The notes below the pieces were generated by a model that was given only the letters and a program-made list of their open reading frames with translations, made no database searches and had not been told where the DNA came from. The position numbers and the translations under genes are program-made. Positions 10,538 to 19,735 of a stretch of DNA of 64,000 bases are shown here, piece after piece. Every line of letters starts with the position of its first letter. Position 1 is the stretch's first letter. The stretch spans positions 384,001 to 448,000 of the forward strand of contig CAVZQN010000003.1 of the NCBI GenBank assembly GCA_963777505.1, written 5' to 3'. The DNA comes from an uncultured bacterium. Lineage in GTDB: Bacteria > Acidobacteriota > HRBIN11 > JAKEFK01.

Positions 10538-12157
10538 CTACTCGGACGATCCAAATTCTTCCGCTATATTTTGGTGTTTCCTGGCTTCTTCGAGCCGTCC
10601 AAGTTGTCGAAGCACATCAGCAAGGTTTCGATGAGCGGGGGGTGAGTTGTAGTTGCATCGAATTGCTTCTTTAAATTCGTTTGCAGCCTTTTCAAGCTGT
10701 CCCGATCTCTGATAAAAAATTCCAAGATTGAAGTGTGCGGTGTAATAGTCAGGGTTTATCGCGAGTGCTTGCTGGTAAAGTTTTTCAACATCTTCAGAAA
10801 TGTTTTTCGCCTGTTTTACTGTTGCCAGGTGAGCGTACAAAGCTGCGGCAATCGTGTTGTTCTTGTTAGGCTGAGAGAGTGCACTTTTGAACTCTGTTTC
10901 TGCTTGATCCAGGTCACCTGCTTGAAGATGAGCAACGCCAAGCCTGAAGAGAACTTTGCTGTCGTTCGGATTCGTCTCGGCGGCAGCGCTCCATAAGCTA
11001 AGATCATTTTGCCAATATAGTTGCCGGACAATCAGCACCGGTGAATAAATAAGCAGCACCAGGATTGCAAGGGTCCAAATTTGTTTTGAGTTTGGTGCCT
11101 CACCATGATTTCTATTTCGTAAATATCGTATAAGACAACCGGCCATCAACAAGCAAAAACTAACCGATGGAAAGTACAAGAATCGCTCGTCAAGTGTAGT
11201 TTCGATTTGAATGAAACCGAGCACCGGAATCAAAGTGATAAGCCATATTAAGGACCAGGACCGGATCTTTTTGTCCTGAACGAACCACAACCCGGCTCCG
11301 AACAGAATTGTCGCAAGTACAGTCAGCCAGACTGGAAGAATAGATGGTGGCGGTTCCAAATAGAGTGCGATCGGAGGCAAGATCATCAATCGTAAGTACG
11401 AAGGGATCAAGCTCAATCCAGATATGAACTTTTCAAAACTGAAAGAGGTGGGTCCAACGGTACCCAACGCGAAGTGGCGTATCAAAACGATGGATGCAAG
11501 TACGATTGCAAAAGGAATCATCCAAAGGAAAGCGGAGCGCCAGCTTTTTTCGCGTTCTTTCCAGAAAATTAATGCTGGTGTTGTTACGCTGATTTCTTTT
11601 GCAAGCAAGGCAAGGAAATATAACGGAGGCGCCAATACTTTGCGGACCGTAAAGGCAAGTAAACAAGAGAGTGCGAATAGAGTAGCAATTGCGTCTACAC
11701 GTCCGGAAACGAATGTTACTGAACTGACATGTGATGGGTGAACAGCAAAAATCGCCGCGGTTAAGAGTGCGAGGGCGATGTTGTCGAAAAGTTTGAGAAC
11801 GAGAAAGTAGAGAACGATCACAACTGTCACATGAATCATAAGGCTTGTAAGGTGATGACCGAAAGCGGTCCGTTCCCAGATTTGCCAATCAGTCCAATGT
11901 GTTAGCAAAGAAATTGGCCGATAGTATCCAAGTGAATATTGTGGATTTCCCTGGCCGTAATAATCTTCGGTGAAGCCTTCCAGGATTCCTTTTGCTGATC
12001 GCAAATGAAAGTTGTTCAGGATCAGGTAGTGATCATCAAAAACAAAGTCTGCGAAAAGGGAAGGAAGATAAATGAAGAAAGTACCGAAGATGAGAAATAA
12101 GACGTATTTTGAATGACCCTGTGACGGATGCATGATCCAGGGTACAGGATACATCAA
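10538..12157 (-). CDS. TMTC-like GT-C glycosyltransferase with C-terminal TPRs
   Basis: FVFDD, YYRP, HP.HV.SV.F.SGR, LLAKE, ERFLYFPS, WQN...LW followed by 4-5 TPRs. Confidence 0.8.
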   Translation of the reverse strand: MMYPVPWIMHPSQGHSKYVLFLIFGTFFIYLPSLFADFVFDDHYLILNNFHLRSAKGILEGFTEDYYGQGNPQYSLGYYRPISLLTHWTDWQIWERTAFGHHLTSLMIHVTVVIVLYFLVLKLFDNIALALLTAAIFAVHPSHVSSVTFVSGRVDAIATLFALSCLLAFTVRKVLAPPLYFLALLAKEISVTTPALIFWKEREKSWRSAFLWMIPFAIVLASIVLIRHFALGTVGPTSFSFEKFISGLSLIPSYLRLMILPPIALYLEPPPSILPVWLTVLATILFGAGLWFVQDKKIRSWSLIWLITLIPVLGFIQIETTLDERFLYFPSVSFCLLMAGCLIRYLRNRNHGEAPNSKQIWTLAILVLLIYSPVLIVRQLYWQNDLSLWSAAAETNPNDSKVLFRLGVAHLQAGDLDQAETEFKSALSQPNKNNTIAAALYAHLATVKQAKNISEDVEKLYQQALAINPDYYTAHFNLGIFYQRSGQLEKAANEFKEAIRCNYNSPPAHRNLADVLRQLGRLEEARKHQNIAEEFGSSE

Positions 12158-12161
12158 GAAC

Positions 12162-12186
12162 GTAGGGGCGGGTCTAAGACCCGCCC
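12162..12186 (+). repeat. GTAG-type REP palindrome, family A copy 2
   Basis: GTAGGGGCGGGTCTAAGACCCGCCC. Confidence 0.9.
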
Positions 12187-12197
12187 GGTGATTAAAA

Positions 12198-13022
12198 TTA
12201 ACTTGCGGTACGGAAGCCGATTCCTGCGAGCCGATCTAGGCGTGAAAGACGTGCGCGATATGTTGTACGCATACGCCAATGGATCGACGAATAATCTCCA
12301 CCGCGAATGATCCCGAGTGTTTCACGACTGCGGCGTGAAGGCTCAAAAGGTGCATTCGGATACGGAGCCCAGGAATCTGCAACCCATTCAGCAACATTGC
12401 GTGCCATATCCATCACACCAAAAGGGCTTCTATCTTCTGGAATTGCGCCAACCGGTGTTGATGTTGAAGCTTGTTTGTCACCCCAGTTATCAATGACTTC
12501 GAGATTATTTCCCCATGGAAACATCCGGCCATCATTTCCGCGAGCGGAATATTCCCATTCGGCTTCGGTTGGCAATCGTAACTTTTTCCATCTGCAGTAT
12601 GCAGATGCTTCAAACCAGGAAATTCCTTCGACCGGGTGTGCATCTTTCCCTTCCGGGAATTTACAATTGCGCCACAACGCAGGGGATAGATGTGAAGTTT
12701 GATCGACAAATAATTCAATTCGATCAAATCCAACAAGATCTGTGTCTAAATCAGAAGTCAGGATTAATTCCTTCCACAATTCCTTCGTTCTGTATGCGCC
12801 GGAATCCACAAATTCTTTATATTCCGCATTCGTTACCTGATGCTTTGAAATGCGAAACGCCGGAACTCTTACATTATGTGCTGGAACTTCCGGATACAAG
12901 ATGTATGGATTGACATCAGCCTCTCGCGGAAAAAAATCACGGAAAAGGCGGTCTGCCGTTTCCCGAGAAAGTCCCATTTCGAATTCACCTGATGGTACAA
13001 AAAGCATTTCTTTGCTATTCAT
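12198..13022 (-). CDS. FGE-sulfatase (SUMF1/EgtB/PvdO, C-type-lectin fold) domain protein, likely non-catalytic
   Basis: F.MG, VTN.EY, HPV..ISW.EA.AYC, RLPTEAEWEYSARG, FPWG, DMARNVAEW, RGG, GFR; lacks the FGE catalytic Cys pair. Confidence 0.9.
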   Translation of the reverse strand: MNSKEMLFVPSGEFEMGLSRETADRLFRDFFPREADVNPYILYPEVPAHNVRVPAFRISKHQVTNAEYKEFVDSGAYRTKELWKELILTSDLDTDLVGFDRIELFVDQTSHLSPALWRNCKFPEGKDAHPVEGISWFEASAYCRWKKLRLPTEAEWEYSARGNDGRMFPWGNNLEVIDNWGDKQASTSTPVGAIPEDRSPFGVMDMARNVAEWVADSWAPYPNAPFEPSRRSRETLGIIRGGDYSSIHWRMRTTYRARLSRLDRLAGIGFRTAS

Positions 13023-13034
13023 TGTTCACCTTCC

Positions 13035-14837
13035 TCACTGTTTTTCCACGATTATGTCTTTCGCAAGCGCGTTGTAGTCTTCCATTCGCATTGATTCAAT
13101 TCCGTTAGCTCCATCTTCTACACGACGCGGTGGTTTACGATCCAATCCTGCAACATCTGCAGCATCTGTCTTGCCTACACCATCTGGTCCCCATGGATTG
13201 CGATAATAGACACGGCCATTTTCGATTTTTGTAATTTCAACTGCATGCATTCCGCCATCCCATGCAACGCCAGTGAATACAGGACCACGTCCGGCATCGA
13301 TTTCTTTTTTCGTGCGATTCAACAAGTCATCTGTGTGCCGGTTGAAATCTTTTCCGTGAAGACCTTTGAGCACTTTCATGTTGTCATCATATGTAAGGCC
13401 ACCACCGTTAGGAGGATATCCATCTAAACTTCGTGACGATGGATTTGTAGGATCCGCAAAGCCATCATCAGGCGTACCCCGCTTTCCATCTTTTCCAGGA
13501 TTCCAGTTTTGATAGCCTTCTCCGGGACGCGCATAATTCATCAACGCTGATTGAAGCAAACGTTCACTTGCCGTTCTACCGCCACGATCTTCCATGAATC
13601 CATCAGCAGGCGGCTTGATTGTGTCGCCATTTGTTAGTTTGGCTTCACCTTTCGTTGCAAGATCCGTGACAAGGCGCGAATATTCGCCGGGATTTTTATC
13701 GGCAACTCGGTGTGTCATGCTTGTCACCGTACATGTGCCGCGATCGCCTTGATTGATCGTTTGTGCAGGCGCATTCATTTCTTGCAATAAACCGGAGAGT
13801 ACTTTTGATTTATCTTCCGGTTTTCCAAAGGAAGTCAGCCGCTTATCGAGATTTGAATTTGCAAAACGATCTAAGTTATCGAGTGCAGTTGTGCCGTCTT
13901 TCGCTTTATCTAATAGGGCGGATTTCCCATTGATTTCTTTATCAAGCAATCCATTCAGCGCGGTTCTGCCTTCCGGAGTTGCTGTCCCGTAAACATTCAA
14001 AGTTTTTTGGCGCTCTTCCGGCGAAAGTTTTTCGAATTTTGGATTGTTACTTAGGCCATGTAAATCGGCCATGAATTCAGGACTCTTTCCTTTTGCTGCT
14101 GCCAGCTCCAACATTTTGCTTTTCGTGGCATCATCCAATTTCTTATTGGAAACCATGTCATTTACAAGAACGCCTTGTGCTTCACCTGGATTTTTTCCGT
14201 AGGCTCTGAGTGCATCTTGTTGTGCATCCGAAGACAATTTTTGAAGATCTGGATTCGTTGCAACCTCTTTCAAATGCTTCCGGCCTTCCTCACTATTTCC
14301 TACATGATTGAGTTGTTCACCGTATTGCAATTGAGCTTCGGGTGTTAATTTCTTGAAGTTAGGATCCTGTTCGAGTTTCAATCGCTCTTGAACGGCAGGG
14401 CTTGCGACACCATCTGCATTCATTGCATTCAGTTTTTGGAAATCGCGAACTGCGCCAGCTGTTTCAGGTCCATATTTACCATCTTGCTGAATTGCCGGTA
14501 ACTTTTGATCGCCGCGCCATCCATTGAGATCTTTTTGCAACGTCTCAACTTCTTCACCTTTGCTGCCTGGTTTTAAAGGCGCATTAAAGGTGGTCTCTGG
14601 TTGAGCTGTTTTTTCTGGTGCTTTTCCATCAATTTTTTGTTGAAGTTCCTTCGCTTGAGCTTGTTCGGCCATGGAATGTTCAGCTTTTTGCGATGCGCCA
14701 TCCGTTCGCGGTGCTGCAGGTGTTTCCACAACGGGCGGAGTCTGCTTCATTGTTTCTGTTTCTTTCGGTTTTGAAACGTCTTCTGCGGTTTGCGGCATAA
14801 CCGCTGCTGCCGTGCCGCCATTGACTTTACTTACCAT
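13035..14837 (-). CDS. peptidoglycan-binding domain + helical repeats + calpain/papain-like cysteine protease
   Basis: GGAGG RBS before ATG 14837; PG_binding_1 motif LKPGSKGEEV..LQ..L..DGKYGPETAGAVRDFQ..DGV; protease motifs NQGDRGTC, HAVEI, RNPWG. Confidence 0.75.
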   Translation of the reverse strand: MVSKVNGGTAAAVMPQTAEDVSKPKETETMKQTPPVVETPAAPRTDGASQKAEHSMAEQAQAKELQQKIDGKAPEKTAQPETTFNAPLKPGSKGEEVETLQKDLNGWRGDQKLPAIQQDGKYGPETAGAVRDFQKLNAMNADGVASPAVQERLKLEQDPNFKKLTPEAQLQYGEQLNHVGNSEEGRKHLKEVATNPDLQKLSSDAQQDALRAYGKNPGEAQGVLVNDMVSNKKLDDATKSKMLELAAAKGKSPEFMADLHGLSNNPKFEKLSPEERQKTLNVYGTATPEGRTALNGLLDKEINGKSALLDKAKDGTTALDNLDRFANSNLDKRLTSFGKPEDKSKVLSGLLQEMNAPAQTINQGDRGTCTVTSMTHRVADKNPGEYSRLVTDLATKGEAKLTNGDTIKPPADGFMEDRGGRTASERLLQSALMNYARPGEGYQNWNPGKDGKRGTPDDGFADPTNPSSRSLDGYPPNGGGLTYDDNMKVLKGLHGKDFNRHTDDLLNRTKKEIDAGRGPVFTGVAWDGGMHAVEITKIENGRVYYRNPWGPDGVGKTDAADVAGLDRKPPRRVEDGANGIESMRMEDYNALAKDIIVEKQ

Positions 14838-14940
14838 CGGAATCCTCCAGGTGTTTGATCGAGCACTAGAATATGCCGTCCTGACTTCGCACACCTGTAT
14901 CCTGAGTATTGATTTGAACTAGGCCAGTGGTTGGCTGCAG

Positions 14941-14960
14941 TCTCTAACTTAAGTTAGAGA
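14941..14960. promoter_or_regulatory. perfect 20-bp palindrome in divergent intergenic region (candidate operator)
   Basis: TCTCTAACTTAAGTTAGAGA equals its own reverse complement. Confidence 0.5.
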
Positions 14961-15173
14961 GACTTTTGACGTCTTATCTCTCGAGAGGTTTTACATCTGC
15001 TGTCGGCCGCTCCCAGCGTATAGCTTGGCTTCGAAAAAAGCGGGGAAATTCTGATGCCTTTACCCTGATCCGTCGGGGCGAGAACTCCATATTTGAGTTA
15101 TACTTATGTAAGCAGAAATCTGGATGCCCATCCAGTCTGTGAACATATAAAATCATTTCTGGAGAATCTCTGA

Positions 15174-17009
15174 ATGTCTGTAAAGGAAAAGAAAGACCTA
15201 CAGGAAGTAACGATCCGGTTTGCTGGGGACTCTGGCGACGGAATGCAGGTTACTGGAACGCAATTTACGAATACTTCTGCCGTTTTCGGCAATGATATCA
15301 GTACTTTACCTGATTTTCCCGCTGAAATCCGGGCACCTGCAGGATCGCTTCCTGGCGTAAGCGGTTTTCAACTTCATTTCAGCAGCCGCGACATCCGAAC
15401 ACCAGGTGATGAACCGAACGTTCTGGTTGCGATGAACCCAGCAGCGCTCCGTGTCAATCTTGCGGATCTCGAATCAGGCGGGATCCTGATCGTAAATTCG
15501 GACGCATTTTCTGCGAACAATTTGAAGAAAGCAGGTTATACAGGCAATCCAATCGAAGATGGAAGCCTTTCAGGCTATCGATTATTTTCTTTGCCGATTA
15601 CCAGTCTGAATGCGAATGCGCTAACAGAAACAACGCTCGCGAAAAAAGAAATAGATCGATGCAAGAATTTCTTTGCCCTTGGAATTTTGTACTGGCTTTA
15701 CGATCGTCCAATGAAAGTCACTTTGGATTGGATCGATATGCGTTTCAAAAAGTCGCCGGAAATCGCAAAGGCGAATGCGCTTTCTTTGAAAGCTGGATAT
15801 TACTATGGCGAAACGACCGAACTTTTCACAACACATTATCGAGTTGAAAAGGCAAAGCTGGCGCCGGGTAAATATAGAAACATTACAGGCAATGAAGCGA
15901 CTGCGATCGGACTGATTACAGCATCGCAGCTTGCTGGACGTCCGTTATTTTATGCAAGTTATCCGATCACACCGGCGAGTGACATCCTTCATGAATTATC
16001 GAAGCATCAAAACTTCGGTGTAAAAAGTTTCCAGGCGGAAGATGAAATTGCTGCAATGGGAGCTGCAATAGGCGCTTCATTCTCCGGTTACTTGGGATTG
16101 ACTGGAACGAGCGGTCCTGGATTGTGTTTGAAATCGGAAGGGTTGAATCTTGCTGTGATGACGGAACTTCCGGTTGTTGTTGTTGACGTTCAGCGAGGCG
16201 GTCCAAGCACAGGTCTTCCAACCAAGACAGAACAAGCTGATCTTCTGCAAGCGATGTATGGACGCAATAGCGAATCACCTGTCGCAATTGTCGCGCCTTC
16301 AACTCCAAGCGATTGTTTCACGATGGCGATTGAAGCATGGCGGATTGCAATTAAGTATATGACCCCCGTTCTCTATCTTTCTGATGGATATCTCGCGAAT
16401 GGTTCGGAGCCATGGCAAATTCCAATAGTGGAGAATCTGCCCAAGATTGAAGTGAATTTCCGCACTGACCCCGAAGGATTTTTTCCATATTCACGTGATG
16501 AACAAACGTTAGCACGTCCGTGGGCAATTCCTGGAACTCCTGGTCTTGAGCATCGGATTGGCGGATTGGAAAAGCAAAACATAACGGGAAATGTAAGTTA
16601 TGATCCTGAAAATCACGATCTTATGGTTCGATTGCGAGCTGAAAAGATTGCCAGGATTGCAAACGATATTCCGGATATCGAAGTGCTCGGTGAACGTGAA
16701 GGCGAAGTTCTGGTTGTTGGTTGGGGAGGAACTTATGGCGCTCTGACTGCAGCAGTTGAAGAATGTCGTGGAAGGAATCTCTCCGTTTCAAGTATCCATT
16801 TACGTCATTTGAATCCGTTCCCAAAAAATCTTGGAGATATTCTTGGAAGGTTCGAAAAGATTCTGATTCCTGAATTGAATCTCGGCCAACTTGCACTGTT
16901 ATTGCGTGCAAAATTCCTTGTGCCTGCAATCAGTTTTACTAAAGTCAAAGGCAAGCCATTCAAAATTTCTGAAATTATCGATCAGATCGAAGAAACACTG
17001 GAGAAATAA
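15174..17009 (+). CDS. korA: 2-oxoacid:ferredoxin oxidoreductase alpha subunit
   Basis: [37 protein letters not shown]. Confidence 0.95.
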   Translation: MSVKEKKDLQEVTIRFAGDSGDGMQVTGTQFTNTSAVFGNDISTLPDFPAEIRAPAGSLPGVSGFQLHFSSRDIRTPGDEPNVLVAMNPAALRVNLADLESGGILIVNSDAFSANNLKKAGYTGNPIEDGSLSGYRLFSLPITSLNANALTETTLAKKEIDRCKNFFALGILYWLYDRPMKVTLDWIDMRFKKSPEIAKANALSLKAGYYYGETTELFTTHYRVEKAKLAPGKYRNITGNEATAIGLITASQLAGRPLFYASYPITPASDILHELSKHQNFGVKSFQAEDEIAAMGAAIGASFSGYLGLTGTSGPGLCLKSEGLNLAVMTELPVVVVDVQRGGPSTGLPTKTEQADLLQAMYGRNSESPVAIVAPSTPSDCFTMAIEAWRIAIKYMTPVLYLSDGYLANGSEPWQIPIVENLPKIEVNFRTDPEGFFPYSRDEQTLARPWAIPGTPGLEHRIGGLEKQNITGNVSYDPENHDLMVRLRAEKIARIANDIPDIEVLGEREGEVLVVGWGGTYGALTAAVEECRGRNLSVSSIHLRHLNPFPKNLGDILGRFEKILIPELNLGQLALLLRAKFLVPAISFTKVKGKPFKISEIIDQIEETLEK

Positions 17010-17011
17010 AT

Positions 17012-18034
17012 ATGAGTACGACAGCTGCGCCGCAGCCATTAACCCGAAAAGATTTTGAATCCGATCAGGAAATTCGTTGGTGTCCTGGTTGTGGTGATTA
17101 TTCAATTCTGGCTCAAACCCAGAAAGTACTTCCGGAGCTTGATGTGCCTCGCGAAAATTTCGTGTTTGTCTCCGGAATCGGTTGTTCAAGCCGCTTTCCG
17201 TATTATGTGAACACATACGGCTTTCACAGCATTCATGGCCGCGCTCCCGCGATTGCAACCGGAGTTAAAGCAAGCCGTCCAGATTTATACGTGTGGGTTG
17301 TTACCGGTGACGGCGATGGCTTAAGCATCGGTGGAAACCATTTAATCCACTGTATCCGGCGAAACGTGGATCTCAAGATCATCCTTTTTAACAACCGGAT
17401 TTACGGTTTAACAAAAGGGCAATATTCTCCGACTTCCGAATTCGGCAAAAAAACAAAATCAACACCAATGGGTTCGATTGACTATCCGGTGAATCCACTT
17501 CATCTTGCAATTGCTGCCGAAGCTACATTTGTCGCTCGCTCTTTCGATATCGACACAAAACATCTTCAAGAGATTTTAGTCCGTGCTGCAAAACACAAAG
17601 GAACGGCATTCGTTGAAGTATTTCAGAATTGCAACATCTTCAATGATGGTGCGTTCAAAGGATTTACTGATAAAGACGTTCGCGATGACCGTGTCGTTTA
17701 CGTTCAACATGGCAAACCACTCGTATTCGGTAAGAATCACGATAAGGGGCTAAGGTTGAATGGAACAGACCTTGAAGTCGTAACTTTAGGTAACGGCGTT
17801 AGCGAAGCAGACCTGCTTGTCTATAATGAAGAAGATCCAAGTCCTGTCATGTCTTATCTTGTTTCAGGACTCGAATTTCCACATTTTCCTGTGCCAGTTG
17901 GAGTGTTCCGCAGTATCCTTAAACCAACTTACGATCAATTGATGGAAGCTCAAGTTCAAAGATCAATTGAAATGCACGGGAAGGGAGATCTGGAAAAATT
18001 GTTCAACGCTGGCGATACCTGGACTGTAGAATAG
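17012..18034 (+). CDS. korB: 2-oxoacid:ferredoxin oxidoreductase beta subunit
   Basis: WCPGCG, SGIGCS, HGRA, GDGD..NN.IYGLTKGQ TPP motif. Confidence 0.95.
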   Translation: MSTTAAPQPLTRKDFESDQEIRWCPGCGDYSILAQTQKVLPELDVPRENFVFVSGIGCSSRFPYYVNTYGFHSIHGRAPAIATGVKASRPDLYVWVVTGDGDGLSIGGNHLIHCIRRNVDLKIILFNNRIYGLTKGQYSPTSEFGKKTKSTPMGSIDYPVNPLHLAIAAEATFVARSFDIDTKHLQEILVRAAKHKGTAFVEVFQNCNIFNDGAFKGFTDKDVRDDRVVYVQHGKPLVFGKNHDKGLRLNGTDLEVVTLGNGVSEADLLVYNEEDPSPVMSYLVSGLEFPHFPVPVGVFRSILKPTYDQLMEAQVQRSIEMHGKGDLEKLFNAGDTWTVE

Positions 18035-18048
18035 CTTTCGTTTTTTGA

Positions 18049-19236
18049 ATGAAACAATTCGCAATTGCAAGCCTGATCTTTTTTCTCTTTACAGGTTTTT
18101 TACACGCCACTATCCACGAGATTTCTTCTCCTTCTGGAAAAGACAGTCAGACTCCTTTTCTATTTGCGTCAGAAAAAAGCTTGTATATGACCTGGCTCGA
18201 AAAAACATCGAATGGTCATGCGCTGAAGTTTTCAAAATATGATGGCAAGAGTTGGAGTCAGCCATCTGTAATTGCATCCGACATTCCATTCTTTGTTAAT
18301 TGGGCTGATTTTCCGTCTTTGCTGGCTCTAGATGGGGGCATGCTCGCTGCACATTGGTTACAACAGAGTGGAAAAGGGAAATATGCATACGATGTCATGA
18401 TCAGTGTTTCAAAAGACGATGGAAAGACGTGGAGCAAGGGGATTTGTCCGCATCGTGACGGAGTGCAAGGAGAGCATGGATTTGTTTCTTTGATTCCTGC
18501 GCCGGCCGGTGGTTTTGAAGCGATCTGGCTGGATTCACGAAAGTTTAATCAAAGTGACACACATTCAATGGGAAATGAAATGCAGCTTATGAGTTCAATT
18601 TATTCGAATGGCGCATTTCAATCTGAGTCTGTATTAGACGCCCGTGTTTGTGATTGCTGTCAGACAGCGGCAGCAATTACCGATCAAGGTCCAATCGTAA
18701 TGTATCGGGACCGATCGGATACTGAAGTTCGCGATATCTCGTACGTACGGCGTGAAGGTGGTAAGTGGACTTCCCCCACGAGTGTGCATTCTGATCAATG
18801 GAAAATTGCAGCATGTCCTGTGAATGGTCCGGCAGTCGCTGCAAACGGAAAAAATGTTGCCGCTACATGGTTTACAGCCTCCGGAGATAAGCCGCAAGTA
18901 TATGTAAGCTTTTCATCAAATGCCGGTGCGACATTCGGAACACCGATCCGGATCGACAGCGGAAATCCAGGCGGCCGTGTTGATGTGAAATGGACTCAAA
19001 ACGGAAATGCATTCGTAACCTGGCTGGAAAACAAGAGCGGAAGCGGCGCGGATATTATGGTTCGAAAATTTATTGGCGAAAAGGCCGAGCGTTCTATTGT
19101 TGTTGCTCCTTCATCTTCAGCGCGGGCTAGCGGTTTTCCGAGACTCGCAGCATGGGGAAACGGCGTAATCGTTGCCTGGACTTATGTTGGTGATAACACA
19201 ACATCCATAAAATTGGCGCTAATCTCTGTGCCTTAG
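18049..19236 (+). CDS. secreted BNR/Asp-box (sialidase-like) beta-propeller protein
   Basis: Signal peptide; NWADFP, SKDDGKTW, CDCCQT, YRDR, CPVNGP, SSNAGATF. Confidence 0.8.
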   Translation: MKQFAIASLIFFLFTGFLHATIHEISSPSGKDSQTPFLFASEKSLYMTWLEKTSNGHALKFSKYDGKSWSQPSVIASDIPFFVNWADFPSLLALDGGMLAAHWLQQSGKGKYAYDVMISVSKDDGKTWSKGICPHRDGVQGEHGFVSLIPAPAGGFEAIWLDSRKFNQSDTHSMGNEMQLMSSIYSNGAFQSESVLDARVCDCCQTAAAITDQGPIVMYRDRSDTEVRDISYVRREGGKWTSPTSVHSDQWKIAACPVNGPAVAANGKNVAATWFTASGDKPQVYVSFSSNAGATFGTPIRIDSGNPGGRVDVKWTQNGNAFVTWLENKSGSGADIMVRKFIGEKAERSIVVAPSSSARASGFPRLAAWGNGVIVAWTYVGDNTTSIKLALISVP

Positions 19237-19247
19237 CGGTAAAAAAA

Positions 19248-19706
19248 ATGAAATTCGTAGCAGACGCTATGTTGGGCCGTCTTGCACGCTTTATGCGTTT
19301 TGCAGGGTATGACGTTGAATACGATTCAAAAGCGACCGACGATTTCCTGTTCAACCGCGCCCGCTATAGAATGCTTTTAACGCGAGACCGCGAACTTGCA
19401 ACGCGTGCTGCAAAAAGAAAGATATATTTCGTTGAAACTACAGGCGCAGAAAATCAACTCCAAGAAATTCAGGATCAATTTCCGCTGCGAAATGCCAGCC
19501 CTCGCTGCCTGATTTGCAATCACCCTATTCTGCGAATCTCAAAGGAAAAGGTCAGCCATCTGGTTCCTCCATTTGTATATCGAACTCAGCAGCAATTCTT
19601 TCGCTGCAGGCAATGCAATCGAATCTATTGGAAAGGAACGCATTTTGAACGCCTCTCACGTGTGATACAATTCGATCCGAAGCGCAAAGTCCAGCTCCAT
19701 GAATGA
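19248..19706 (+). CDS. Mut7-C RNase domain protein (PIN-like + Zn ribbon)
   Basis: FVADAMLGRLAR.MR.AGYD, LLTRD, RCLICN, C.QC.RIYWKGTH. Confidence 0.9.
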   Translation: MKFVADAMLGRLARFMRFAGYDVEYDSKATDDFLFNRARYRMLLTRDRELATRAAKRKIYFVETTGAENQLQEIQDQFPLRNASPRCLICNHPILRISKEKVSHLVPPFVYRTQQQFFRCRQCNRIYWKGTHFERLSRVIQFDPKRKVQLHE

Positions 19707-19735
19707 CTTTGAGCGGGGGAACTCAGATCTGAGAG

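Noticed and set aside
12162-12310. FGE/C-type-lectin C-terminus plus downstream hairpin as a DGR target
   Set aside because: No template repeat or reverse transcriptase in the window, and the hairpin is a REP seen at two other sites; a remote DGR cannot be excluded.
7651-13022. Sulfatase plus formylglycine-generating maturase pair
   Set aside because: The sulfatase-fold protein lacks C/SxPxR and the FGE-fold protein lacks the catalytic cysteines.
14862-14878. Sigma54 promoter upstream of the protease gene (CGGCATATTCTAGTGCT, minus strand)
   Set aside because: GG-to-GC spacing is 11 rather than 10 nt; it would qualify only if one base is an insertion error, so reads should be checked.
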